A DNA stretch of 64,000 nt from Phoronis australis (lineage: Eukaryota > Animalia > Phoronida), in contig NMRA01000341.1 of assembly GCA_002633005.1 (NCBI GenBank), positions 415,660 through 479,659 of the forward strand, in the 5' to 3' direction. This document shows positions 13,645-27,709 of this stretch, piece after piece. Below the pieces are notes generated by a model. It was not told the DNA's origin. It was given only the letters and a program-made list of their open reading frames with translations, and did not search any database. Positions within the stretch are counted from its first letter, which is position 1. The number at the start of each line of letters is the position of its first letter. Position numbers and translations under genes: made by a program.

Positions 13645-13962
13645 ACATAGAATAGGACAGTTCACTCCGCCATCTTGCAATGGTCATCAGTCGAAAAACT
13701 AGCGCCCCAAGCGGCGACTAATCAACACTAATTTAGCGGCGCAGCCCGAACCATGTAAATATAGTTAAATTCCGATACTTTAAGGGCGTTCGACGTACAA
13801 TAAATTTACTGTGTGATTGAAAATGGGTATAATACGTAAACTAACATCCACTTATAATCGAATGAGAATGAAAATGTGTGTTTTAATCAATATTAAAATG
13901 TATTTGCTTTCATTCTCTTGAAGCTCCCTTCAAAATCCATCATGGTTTTGTTTCGTGCTTGA
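13645..13962 (-). repeat. Inverted copy of the 6301-6612 repeat
   Basis: Reverse-complement match read by eye. Confidence 0.85.
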
Positions 13963-16900
13963 GAGATGAGACTCAAAATGCATTTTGACGTGTATCTACA
14001 CAGTTTGTTTTCCACTTGTGTCGCGTGTTTGCGTATGTGAACTGCTGCCTTGAAAATAGTTTAAAGTAATAAACCGAAACGTCGGATCAACATGTCTTTA
14101 TTTACGTACACGCTCGTCTTAAAATTCGTGCTACCACAACACTGAATTCCACTCTCATGCTCCCTCACATATAATTTTAGCAGACGCACATCGACAACAA
14201 AGTATATGTAGAAGGCAGAGCAAAGCCTGTGCAGTAGCCTACATTGCAGACGACAGCGGCACCGACATTGCAATCACTTGTCTTCCAACCGTGAACAGAA
14301 CGCACAAAATGAAAGGCAATGTATGATATTAAATAACAAATAATCCTTAGTTCCTGGAAGCTTAGGAAACGTAAAAAATGACACGTCCGGGATTTCCGTG
14401 GATGAATTAGTGTAATTCATCGCATTGCAAAATGCGCTTTTCGCCGTTGTTCTCGCGCTTCCTACTTAACCTTTGCTTATTCACCACTTGGCGGCGCTAG
14501 TAGTAGCGAACTCACGAGTGAACTCTCCCGTTATACCACACTCCTTGGTCTTAGTCCAGTCAGATATCATAGCCGCTGAACCGGCTGATCCGACGGAGTG
14601 AATCACGTGTAGCCACAGAATGTGCGTTTGCACACTGTATCACGACGTATACTTATGAACAAACAAAAGAAATCTGGCCAGCACAGATGCAATACCGGAA
14701 ATCTCTGATGGTCGTGACCAGGGCATATTCGGCAAATATGACATATTTGCACCATTCCTGGCACTCAAATGTAACTTAAGCCAGATCGTACTTTTCTCAA
14801 ACAGGGGAATGTAAATGGAAAATGTATTAGGATCAACGTGTGTACGTATAGTTCACGGAGTCCTTATTCGTGCATGAATACATGTACGTTTAGTCTCGCA
14901 GCGCTCCGATCCTACTCTATTGTTCGCAAAGTAAAACGTAAGGTTACAGTTTCCACGTTCACACAAGTTATATTCACCCTGCGCCCCAAGTGCCCTTGCA
15001 AAAATCGAACATGTTACAATTTGCGTGTTCTGTGCGAGATTTTCCCCATCAGTGCCTGAATAAATTGATGTGTTCCCTTAAAAGATAATGCACATCAACT
15101 TGGACGGACTCCCCGTACAAGACGTATATATCAAGACTTCCAGCGACGGCCAATTTCCCTACGAAACGAGATGTACCTTTTGGCATAAATTCCAACGAAT
15201 GGATACCTTTTCCGACCTTATTTCATTTCAAAAGCTTTACTTAGGGGCAGCTGAACTCTACAGGAGGTTTTTTCAACTACCCAAATGTACAGAAACGGTC
15301 ATAAAATTATCCATTTTTGGTTACGAAAGAATGTGTTTCCGGAACAAAATTTAATCTTACGAAAGGGCGACTCTTTTCATAGGGTCCACTCTCGAAATTA
15401 GTGGGCATTCTAATTATTCACCTGCACGCCATGAGGAGAATAGTCGAATACTTCCTGGGGCCCCACTGGCTTGACAAAAATGAGAGAACCATAATTCTGC
15501 GTATGGAGCCGCCTATCTTCGCAGACACACGCACACGCACACGCACACGCACACACACCCGGTTCACAAAGTCAAACTTCCTGCAAACACCACAAAGAAT
15601 ACTGATGGAATCCACGGAATTGTGTCAGAAAGTAGCAAGCCCCGACGCTTAGCTTCTTTTAAATTCGAACAAAGAACAACGTCAACGTAACAGTGCGATT
15701 TAGTTATTTCCTTTCTCAGAAAGATCCAAAACTGTTTAAAGTGATAAAATCATCATTTATTTCCCCCAAATGATCAGAAAATTGCGAATTCTAGATTCGG
15801 TTCCAAATTTATCAACCACATATCACACGATACACGCGTCAGTCGACTAAAGTTACAAATTCACACTGCGTGGTTGGCCAAATGTTCGAATTCTGTATTG
15901 TTGTGCAGTTTAACTCTTTCTGTCAGGTTTCAAAAGGCATACAACAAGCAAATTTAGACGCAGGGTTTACCAACAGCAGTTTGCGGAAACGGAGACGCCT
16001 GATATCGTTCAACAATTCATCATGCGACGAGGAAGCTGCGACACCGGGAGTTTTTTTGCATTGTATTGTACACCACACCCGACTAGGTTCTTCAAGCACA
16101 TGTATGTCTATTTGATAACATAACGTAAATACGTAAATTAAAACTGTTCAATTCAGAAACACTAAATCAATTATACACATTTCATTAAAAGCAGCTTGCG
16201 TTTGAACGTTCACCTTGTCACTGGAGCACTGGAGTAGCGAGAATCAGTAAAAAGATCTCCGTAAAACAGTTTCAGAGGAGGGTCTGCTGGATTCCTAATA
16301 TGAGGGGGGCAGAGATCCGGTTCGAATTTGCTACGATTTCTAAGCTTGTCAGTGTTTAAGTTTAAACGTTCGCGTATTTTGTTGCGACAAGCCGCTCAAA
16401 TTGGCAACCGCCAACAGCGCGAGCACAGTTATACAAATACAAAATTTTTCGATTCATACCTTAGGAAGTCTTCCGAAAGACCAGTCCCTGCTTTTGCAGT
16501 CCATTGCTAGCAAAAAGCAAACGCTTGTGTAACCCTCCTATGTGTGAGCAAGTATGACGATTTGAGGAACTGAGACGTTCGTCTGCTGGACGTCAACTGT
16601 GAATGTACATGTACAGCTTATATGACATTCGCATTCCGCTAAAGCTGAGAGACAATAAAATGTAAGACCGCGTAGTGTGTCTCGTTATCGGAGTACTAAG
16701 CTTATTGTACATGGGCGGGTTTTACGGAAATGCGTTGTTAGATAAAACCACACAACAGACGATCATTCAGGAAATGGGGCAGTTAAATGGGTGCACCAAG
16801 CGGTTTTCAGTTTCAACGTTCAATGAAATTCCAGAAAAAACAGCAAGATCATCAACGAACAATATCACATGGATCAATTTTCCGATTTTAAAAATGACTT

Positions 16901-17330
16901 TGCTTAATATTATAGATTAGATTATCATTCATTTTGGATTGCGTTCAGTATCGCAAGAGTCTTGCGAAAATGCAACATATTGCCACTTCGCGATGCATGG
17001 AAAGCGAAGCACGTGACCACGCTAGATATAGTAAATTATAAAACAAAATGAAATATTCACATACTGCGACATGGTCCGTAAGACACGCCATGTTTGGGTA
17101 GCGAGTGTGGGAAATGTATCGACAATTCTCATTGGCTGACTGATGTCAGACATAAATAGAATAATGTTGGATATTAATCTTACTTATATCTGATATAAAT
17201 AATATTGGGATTGTTATTACTAAATCATGTACAATATTATCGAGAATTATGCCAGACATTTTAGCCTCGAATGGTAGATACAACCGGGTAAAAACCCATT
17301 AAGTTATCTCACTATAGTGATATAACATTT

Positions 17331-17411
17331 TGGCGGGAAACCGAGGCCAGATTCGAACACGGGCCTCAAGAGTTTCGAGTCGCCGAGTTTACCACTACAC
17401 CACTCAGCGGC
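17331..17411 (-). mobile_element. tRNA-derived SINE head or tRNA pseudogene
   Basis: A box TGGTGTAGTGG and B box GTTCGAATC on the minus strand; cloverleaf stems imperfect. Confidence 0.5.
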
Positions 17412-20400
17412 TGAGTGAAAATAGAATACTTAAATGAGCACGCCCAACAATCGCATGTTCAGCAAAGGGCATTGCACCGACATTTATACGCTATGAAAAT
17501 TAAGACGCATAATTTCCATAAAAACGATACTTTTATTCAGTGAAATTTTTCTCTCGTGTTCTCTCACTTGTAAATCACCGATCTCCAAATTGAATGCGGG
17601 TATCATGTCGTCGGGATCCTTTGACTTGAGCATTATAGTCAGTTACCAGTGGTAACCTACTTTAGCAGACGATATTTTCCCGGTCGCAGCTTAGCGTGAT
17701 CAAATGTGTAGTAAGCTATTGTATTTGCTCAACCTTAATTTATAGATTCACTTTATTTCTATTTTGTTTAAATTTGCAAATGGTTTTGAGTATAAGCATT
17801 ATTTGACAAAAATAGCTCGGCTTTTCTTAAAAGGTCACGACCTCCGACCCCGGGACTCTGACATAGAAAGTAGTTACAAAGCCGAGGCGAGTCGAGAAAG
17901 GTAGATCGATTCATTGCAATATTTCTCGTTCAGTATGTGGTATAAGTAGATTATTACATTTTCCCACTTATTATCCCCGTTATCTAGAGCCCGAGTGGAT
18001 TTTGGAGAATTATCGCCCTAGGGGGGGGATAACGACTTCGCCATGTACATGTAATAATCTATATTTACATGGGGCGTGATTATTCATATCTCATATGAAT
18101 CTTATTCATGTCAGACATAATTAAGATTTATGTCACACATAATTCAGACCTATATCTGAGTTCAGACGTACGTGTATGTCAGACATGCGCTAACCATATC
18201 CCTCATCCGATCTTCATGCGGGGAAAACGTGACGATGAACATTTCCAAGTTTCTCATGAAACTTAATGATTGGTTTTAACAAGTCATTGTATCCAACCGT
18301 GCAGCTACGTAGGTATGGGAGGGATTTAGACGTACTGAGCTTTGGTTAAGCGTTGAAAGGGCAGCGAGCGCGACCGCTTGGATATGCCGGTGAGTATACA
18401 GATAGGCAAATGAGCCAATGTACAGGCGTAAGTGCGACGGTCTTACAACTAATGCAAAGTCGGAGAAGTCGATTGTCCTGGCTGCTAGTGTGAACAACAT
18501 ATCTGTAACAAGTAAAATTAACCGTGGATGGCATTCGACACAGGCCCGAGTCGACATCAGAAGTTGATGGACAATTGTCGTGGCGAGCAGCTACAACACA
18601 ATATGTTTCTCCAAGTTTAAGTGTAAATGTCTTCTTAGCAGCCATGATTGCGACTACAATAGCGACTAATCACGAACTACTTCCATCGATAACCAACAGA
18701 TGCATGACTTTTGCCACATACAGTCTTCCACTCATTTCTTCTACTACACTGTTGCTGCCACGGTTCGTTGCAAATGTACAACTAACACAGTCAAGTCTTT
18801 ATATATAAACTGTTATGGCAGCTGTCCTCGTCCCCGCTGTTCACATTTGATATTCAAAATCACGACCGAGAGTTGACAAAACAGCGGTTTATTTAAAGGA
18901 ACTTTTAACGATTTCTACGGTCAGAAAACGCATTCTGTTTGGAGCTGCTTTTACACGTGGAACAGTTATCACGCCGCGAATAAGTAGCGAACGTTTGAAC
19001 ACACCTATAAACTAATAATATCAATTGCATTTTTGTAATTTTATTACAAATCCCCAATTAAGGTCGGTCGGTGGTTCGAGTGGGATATACCGGGTTCAAA
19101 TTCGCGCGGAGGCTGATTTCCAGGCACTTTCTGACTTGCCAGTTATTCGTCATTGATAAAAGTGAGTGGACAGTTTGTCTGTACCCTTGGCCGAGACCGT
19201 GGCTTGCTTACTTTTCTTTCGATGGCACGGGATCGTATTCTTTTCAATGTCTGCTACGCAGCTAAGGCGTAGCTGGCGTAGGTGCCACTGGGCCGAAGAT
19301 TCTTGGTTTCACACCAGTCATCCACCAAGCTACCCCTCAGCCCCTCCCCCGTTTGTTAATAGCATAAAATGCAGAATGTGTTGTGGTTTATACTGGAAAT
19401 GTAGCATGCACATGCACTGTACAAAGCTTTAAATGTAACAGAAGATCAATGACACGCAATTGATCACACGAGCACCATGACTCAATGGAACGTAAACAAT
19501 CACGGTTCTTTCTTTGTCACGGTTTACGAAACCTCTCCATACTCCTTGTGTGCCCATACGCTGCATAGGGTATTCAAACAGGTCTCGGCGTCAGGAAGTT
19601 ACCATGAGAAGTTCACGCTTGTGGATATAGAAACAACGTATCAAAACTTCAGTCGCTGTTCGTGAAGTATTTAGTGACGGATTGTAGAGCTTGTTCAGGA
19701 ATCTTGAAATTATAACGTGAAACTGGTTTTGGGAAGAAATGGAGCGAAATTAGCAACAGTTACAAAAATATTCATTGCAAGAAATGAAATCTATTGATAG
19801 CGTTTGAAGCCAAGATCACAGCCATTTTGATCCCATGGGCTGTAATTTGGTTATTTAGGACAAAATATGAAACGAAGGTTATTGCACTTTTGGCATTGTT
19901 TTTGCATGAATATCCAAGTGTCTTCCCAGGTGATTGCTTCCATACATGTTAAGTATAGTTTATATTATCAATAAAAAAGGAAACCGGTTGAACAGTTCCA
20001 TTACAGCTTTATCGCCTGGATGTCTACGTCATCCACCCGTGACAGCACATCTCACCCACATGAATCTTTAGAGCAGTCCATACAATGAAATATTTAGTGA
20101 ATGTTTAATGTAAGCCCCGGAAGTTAAGGGCAGTGCATTTATCAAATTATACACCGAGTGATATGTAACTGCGTTGTTATAAACCAGTGCTGTGATATTA
20201 TATACGTAAGACTAATAATTCATCATTAATCACTGGAATGTTTGTGAGTTTAGTGCCATACTCGAGGGCGGCTCCGAAGATAGAAATAAAGAACAGGGGA
20301 GAAAAGTCTGCAAGTTACGTAATTCGTGTATTATAAATAAACTAATAAAATCCGCTAAAGGATATGCCATTGATTATTATCCGCCAAATCCTCGAAACAT

Positions 20401-21802
20401 GTGCGTGTGGGGACATCGGGCATCATACGCCGGAGCAACCGTTTTACACTGAAAATCACTTGCTGGAAGACTGAAGTCTGCGCACGCGCAGAACATTCAC
20501 CACATCGGGGAAATGTGTTCCGGATGACAGTGCGGGAAGTGCTTGTATTTAGCTAATGTGTACACACAAGGAGAACAATTATTAAGAAACCAGTTTACAT
20601 CCGAGTACAATGGTTTTAATTGTCAAGGAACATGTATTGTTGCCTGGATTCCAAAATATTTTCAATTAGAAACATATAGTGTCTAGATCCTAATACGTTT
20701 TCCTTCAACTGGATTATTCATGATACACTGTTGTATCGCCTTGGTGCGTGATTTTGCTTGGCCTTGGCTAGCGATCTTGCATTTCTGCGAGTTTTTCGCG
20801 TTTCAGTACTGAATGAAGCCCAGGCAAAGCATTCAGTGGCGGGTCCGTGTGTTTGCCAGTGGATCGACACTGACAGGTCCCAACGAACTCTCTCCTGTTA
20901 CCGAAATTGTCCCAACCGCGTCTACTCGAACGCTGTGTTTACAGCTCTGTAGCTTGTGTCAATTACGCATATTTCGTTTGACAATGATAATACCCTTGTT
21001 GTATGGATTGTCGGATAAAATGACTACAGTTTCTTGGTAAACAACAAAATTGCAGAAAACGACTGCAATTATGTCATAATATGTCAAGGTTGACATACAT
21101 GTATGTACAGTCAAACATTGCTCATGATTAGATTCGACTCATTTAGATGTCAAAGGTTCAAACAAAAATATTCATTCTGGAAAATATCGAACGTCGCTGT
21201 CGTAAGTGCTTTATGACAAATTATTCAAATTCGCCCATGATTTATAGGACGGCGAATTAACAGCGAACAGAAATACAGACCAGTACAACATTAATCGGTT
21301 CACACTGAAATTAAGGCCTCTGACATGAGGCACGATTTAGCTGTTGATATGCAAATCCTATTATTTTTTTAAGCGGCCAACTTCCTATAGGCCTACATGT
21401 GGCTGCATCCAAGGGGTTCTCCTCCACCCTAGTAGCACAGACTCAAGGCAGTTTCGAGAAGAGTGCGACTGGAATACGTGCTTCGATCACTCTTGGGGGT
21501 TTTGCTTCAAATTCAAAATACATACCAATGGAATACATGACCAAGAAGGAAAAAGATCCCCGAGACAGTCCTAAGCATTAAAAAATAAATTCCACGACAA
21601 ATCAGTTCTGTAGTTCACAAGTCGCCACACGAAGTCCGGCAGACCTAGATAATGCCGATGCACATTAAGTCAAACTGTGCATTTCGAGATAGGCAAGGTT
21701 CCCAGACGAAACGAAACAATTCATGAAAGGACTATACATATCTGTTGACAGTATGACCCCGGCAGCCAAGATTTCTATTTCCGGGAGAGCCCCCGAAGGG
21801 AT

Positions 21803-22545
21803 CAGCCTTGTTCCCAAGCCTCAAGATGGCTCTCATCGTCTTAGTTATTTAAAGCTTGGTTATGGGAACTGCTGGGATCCATCAAATGCCGAGACAAAGC
21901 CCCCCACACGAGTGAATCTCCGGAGTCAAAATCAGATAGGCCAACAGTATAGCCACCAAACTAAAAAGTACGTATCTTGGAACAAATATATTAATTTTTT
22001 GTTTAACCTTCGAGTACTCCAGCAACATTGTTAAGTTTAGCTGCTCGTGTGGCCGTCCACACAATTTGATCCCGTCATCGTTTACACAGTCGACAACACT
22101 TTTTGGCTTAGGGAATGCCCAAAAAATAACGGGATAGTCATAACATTCAGTCATTTCCATTGGTTGAAATCTGGGAAACCCACTTCAGTTTACTGTTACG
22201 TAGTATGGCGACCACCTTTGATTTAAATCGTTGCAATTTATTAAAACGGGCAGTGATTGAAGTAAACAAAATCAAAATCAACGAACTCCAATCCAGTGGC
22301 TTAAGCCCAAACAAGTGCAGTGCATAAAGGCGCGTGCTTGTGGTGGCGATGTGATTGACCAAGGCATGCGCATTGATGCTCACACACGGAATTCCGTGTG
22401 TCGTTCATCTTGTTTCCACAGGGCCACCTTTCAGTATAGGTAGCGCTGTGTCAAAGGGTAAATTCTGACATTATTTCATTTCTCATAACCAAGCCTCCAA
22501 TGGCTAAACCTATCAGCACCATCATGAGGCTTGGGGACGAGGTTG
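21803..22545. mobile_element. Non-autonomous TIR DNA element
   Basis: cagccttgttcccaagcctca and tgaggcttggggacgaggttg form ~21-bp imperfect TIRs; flanks cgaagggat/cgaggctat match only partially. Confidence 0.55.
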
Positions 22546-25446
22546 CGAGGCTATAAAACGATTAGCTGCGTTCGTTATGTCAACAAATTCCACCACTCGT
22601 TTTGTCATTCTTTTGAATGATTGCTACCATGAAGTACTTTTCTTCAACATTTATTGAAGAATTTCACCCCGTATCACAATTGGTGAACAACGTAGGGCAT
22701 TAGAAAAGTACTATTAGTAAGTTATTGAGGGCAATTTCATTAAACCCTGACCCCCGGGTCAGTTACAAATTGACTTCTGCTCTTGCCTACTAGGATACGG
22801 AAGTGCCGCCATTCTGAGAGCGTCATCCTTGTTGACCTTGTTGAATCTTGAATTTCAGTCGCGAATCCAGGTACCCTTCCGATAAGTGGAAATTGTCAAA
22901 TATCTGGTTGGTAATGACACATTTTAACCTGAATTTCTGGAATCTAAAGTTTTTTTTTAATATGATCGAGCATTCGGATGATGGTCTCTTTTCTTGCGCC
23001 GGATCAGTCGTGAATTTGTGATTTTAGGTAAAATATGGCCATAATCGCACTTTTTTGTCATTTTTGGAACCTTGAATTTTTCACGGTGGGTGTAGCACGT
23101 TAAAAATGTCTTTGTTGCTTTTCTTCATTTTTGAGAAACCCCATAGAGTGTGTCTCTGTCATTTATGTCTTTTTTCAAAGGTCCGAGACAGGTGTGGAAA
23201 CAAGACCTTTGACTGACCCAGGTCAGCGATGAGATCAAAATCAGCCACTGATACTGATCTTCAAATGTTTTTTCTTTATCTTCATATTGTCAATCTGATG
23301 CAAAATATGAGTACTTGCCGTGTGACTATCGAAAGCGCACGTCATAACTTAGCAGCAAATCAGCACCGGCTTTACTGGCCGTTATAAATATCAAGTAGAA
23401 ATAAAAAAAAAAACATCCACACAATGTTTCAACAAGCAGAAACATTTCTATCTTAAACATTGCGCTTTTCAGCTGAATTGCAACACTTGTGCTTGGTTTT
23501 TGCTGCCCGGACATGACACTAACTGGCGAAGTTTCCCCGCCGGGCAGTTGTCATGCGTCACTACGGAGGAAAAATGACTTGGTGGTAAATTGACTTCAAT
23601 TTTCAATTAGTAGACAAAACATATTTCAAAACGTGACAAAAGTTTCAACCAACACCTCAGTTGTTTAAAAATAAAAATTCTGCAACTGATAAACCGGCAA
23701 ACGGGAGGGAAGGGGTGCAGTGAACTGCGTAGTCTATGAGCTGGGGTAGTATTGCAGTGTTAGGAGCATGGCGTAGTGTTTTTGTTCAACTTTAATCACA
23801 CGAGTTTCAACTATTCAAGGCTTGCGGAGCTACATGTACTTGTAATTAATGGTTTCATCCTACATGTGTATGCCGCGGAGCACTGATGTCCGCAGGCGAT
23901 CGGGGTCTTGCGGGTAGTGCCGGGCTAGTATACGAATGTTTCAGGCTGAATGAAAACTTCATTTTACTTTAAACTATTTATATTAATATTTTACCATTTG
24001 GAACCATACCAAGTTTTCTTTCTGAAGTTCTTTCGCCACCAGTTGATGCCATGTATTCTACAAGAAATAGGCCGTCGTTCATTGTTGACCGTCAACTGCC
24101 TAACCAAATCTCCGGAAACCAACGTTATCTACGTTTTCCCTGTCTAAATTTATTTTCAGTATTTTCGTGAGTTGTCAGAATATTCTTACTGCATAGCAGT
24201 TTTACTGAATTATTTTGCTGGTGCGTGTTCGTTGCTATGTTTATCCTGTTTACCTGAGTTAATTATTCCCAGTGAAAGACGCTTAGCGTAGTCGAATCAT
24301 TAGATTAGTAGTCGGCCTTGTTATTCAACTGTTCCTTAATGAATCTCACTTCTGACTTCATTAGCGGCAAATCTAAAATGACGGAGTATCACTTGGCTCC
24401 AGTTCGTGACAAATTAGGATTTATGTGACTTTTTGACCAATGGATTTAGTTAGGATTAACTTGTAGGTACAGGTGGCTTTGTTAAACATGCTCTAACCAT
24501 CTAGTAATGGTCAAGATGACAGTGCTATTAGGTCTTTAAAGACGCCAAGTCTTTTCAAAGAAAACGTGTGTAGTTGTAAGAAATTTTTTGACAATTAGCA
24601 TGTTGACTTTTCCTATCTCAGCTGAGCAAAATTCTTATTGAGGGAGGTGATGGCAAACCCAGTGGGATCCCCTCTAAATTCGACACTCTCAGTAACATCG
24701 TTGAGGGGTTTCACGGACAGCAAACAAGGATTTGAGTGAGGGAATACTTCACAGTCACATCTAGCATAACCTACACATATCAAATCCTGGAGAAAAAGAA
24801 TGTTAGCAAAAATTGACAGTAGCGAGGATTCGCAACCACTCAGCTACGCAGTAGCATAGTGATTTAAATGAGAAACGTATTTTTCCATAAATTAGTGTTA
24901 TCGTGGAACACCCATTAACAATGTCATCCGAACGCTATGCCGCCACACGCCAACTTGCAGAATATTTTAAAGGCATGCTTTCCTTTACTTACGCCAATTA
25001 GAACTCATGGTAACTTACGTCAAACGAAATGTATCACTGAAAAAAAAAAAAACATTTCGCAACTTTTTAGTCCCACTTGTGTTTGCTTTATTTTACTGTT
25101 ATTCCTAAGTGGACGGGGTTTCCGTAGAAACCGCATAACATGTTTTGGCAGTGGATAGAGTATCCATGTGAGTTTTGGGACATTCACTTGATTTAAAGTG
25201 ACACGCTCGCTTTTATGGCAGAACAACGCATTTTGAAAATCATTGTTTAATGGAAGTAGGTTTGATTAGAGCCAGACAATAAGCAAATCTTTTGCGTTTT
25301 TGTGATTTCATTACAAAACGCCAATTATAGTCTTTATCTGCCAGTAATTGGCTGAAGTCAAGGTCAGTTACCGTACTAGGTAAATTTGCTTACAATACCC
25401 TGCTACTTACCGATTGGGTTTAGCTCAACCAGGAAAGCGGTCTGCT

Positions 25447-25547
25447 CAGTGCTGTAGGGGGTCGTAGGCGCACGTAGGCGCAGCCAACCATCTTTTGGCA
25501 TTTGAACGTAGCGCCTACTTACCTCTAATTTTACCACTACAGCACTG
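25447..25547. mobile_element. 101-bp hAT-type MITE
   Basis: Perfect 11-bp TIR cagtgctgtag/ctacagcactg; 8-bp flanks ggtctgct and ggtctcct (7/8). Confidence 0.8.
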
Positions 25548-27496
25548 GGTCTCCTGCAACCGCAGAGGGCGTGAGTTGGATTTCGTGTTGGTGCTGATCT
25601 CAGAAACCCCTTTCCTCGCCTATAAAATCACTTTAAAATGGCATTGGTCACTTCAAATCAACGATTATTTTCCAATAATACTTGTAACTGGACTGTATAA
25701 TAGGATCAATTTGACAACACACTGAATAATACGCAAAACGCACAGACCTTAATGTGGCTGAAGATAGCGAACTGTTTCACTATACTGCACCAGTCTTCCT
25801 AAGACCAATTTGTCTTAGCCTCGTTTCATGAAATTTCTCAAAACCTAAATTAAGGACGAAATCTTTCGTAATACTTCGAGGTACCCCACTTGAGGAGTAC
25901 AATTGCTTTTTACAGTCTGATGAGAAATAACTTTTGCAATTGACATCGCACTGCCCTAAAAGACTTAACGAACCCTGAATTGGAAGACGCTATGTTGACT
26001 TCATTGAAAAAAGCAAACATCCTTTGACAGGGAGTATTATTATCATTATTATAGTAACCCTTCCTACTGACCTACATGAAAGAGTCTGCTGGTATTCACG
26101 TTTACCCATGGGCAATTACTCGCCCTACGGAAAAAAAGAAATAAACACGAAGTAGTGTTGAACTTTTATCTAAACATTGTTTTGCACAAATTCATTGAGC
26201 AAAGCTTTATAGGTACGTGTATGGAAACTGTCTCTCCCACACCGCGGACTTTGTAATCAGCAGAAAATGTTTATTAACTCCCTATTCAGTCTATTGAAGT
26301 GTTCATCTGGCTTTGTTGTAGTAGTAATTAGATTTTAGTAAGTAAAAATAATCGCAAAGTGTGACATAGGTAGGATTGAATAACAACGTATTTTTCTTCA
26401 CCCATCTACGTTGCAAACAAGAACAAACTCTAGCTCTTATAGGCCTACATCTTTACTAACTTGAAATGCTTCAGCAAAGTTTTGAACTTAAATGCTTACT
26501 AGTCGCACTTTCGATCACGCCACACCACGGTGGTCTAACATCATTAACAACGTGAGACAATATAAGCTTGCATTATCTTACTAATATTTGGTCAGAGTTG
26601 TCTCCACGTGTTAGTGCACGCAGTGCTTTCAGCCAAAAGCATGGTATTATCTCGTGATACCGGGCATCAAATGCAATGGCAAACGAGCGTTTCGGCTTTT
26701 GACAACTAGGTTTCGTTTCTTCTGCTTCTCTTAAGCGCAAATTGTCCCTTTGCCGAACTTTTTGAACGGACTTCTACATCAAATGTCGTGTCGATTTCCA
26801 CTCGTTTGTTGGGTTCCAGATGAGCCGCCACGTGGTCGAGCCAGTTTCGCCACCTGTTGACTGGATCTAATAAGCTTGCGTTTACTGTGGCCACTTTTCT
26901 CCACAACAATTAATCATGCCAAAAATTATACCATGACACTTGGCTTACCTCAAAATCCAACTGCTGCCTGGTGGTTTGGTAATTGACCCAATTATGTTAC
27001 ACACCCAGCAGAATTAATGAGGAACATATTATTGCAGCATTAAGCAAAAGTTGTAAGAGTAACATTTCTTGTCCAATTTTCAAAATTCAAAAACCTATTA
27101 ATCAGTATGCTTCAAACATTCAAAAGGAAAAGTTAAAAATACTAATTTCGCTCCCAATGTGTTTATGATGGTCTCATTATCTGGAGAACGATAACTTTAG
27201 CAGCCTGAGGCGATTTAATTAGCCATAGCAGCATGGTGTCTTTGATCTAAACCGGCAGATTCTGTGATGCGCAAGCCAGTTGAGTAGCACAATCTCGACC
27301 GGTTAGAGTGTCAACATAGGATTCTTTTCATGATAAAATGACACTTGAAAAAATATCCTATATGTGTGTCACGTGCACTTATTTCAAGCGGACGTTTTAA
27401 TACGAATTGCTTTGACTAATATAATGCCTGGTACTAAACATTCTCGCGAGCAGGTACGCCTATTATGTATCAAACTCGTGAACTGGGGTGCGTTCC

Positions 27497-27709
27497 GTCA
27501 AAGAACAAAAATGTTCACAAAATACCCCCCACACACGTCCATCGGTTGCCGCTCGAGGTCAAGGACGGTACGGAAATTGCCGGTGAGTTACAGAAGTACC
27601 TACGTCGTGACTTTACGCGACAAAACGACAATTTCCGTACCGTCCTTGACCTCGAGCGGCAACCGATGGACGTGTGTGGGGTTTTTTGTGAACATTTTTG
27701 TTCTTTGAC
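27497..27709. repeat. Near-perfect ~82-bp inverted repeat with ~49-bp spacer (foldback MITE or hairpin)
   Basis: Arm 27497-27579 is the reverse complement of 27629-27709 apart from a small mismatch/indel at the C/G run. Confidence 0.9.

Noticed and set aside
17331-17411. Functional tRNA gene
   Set aside because: A and B boxes only; cloverleaf is broken
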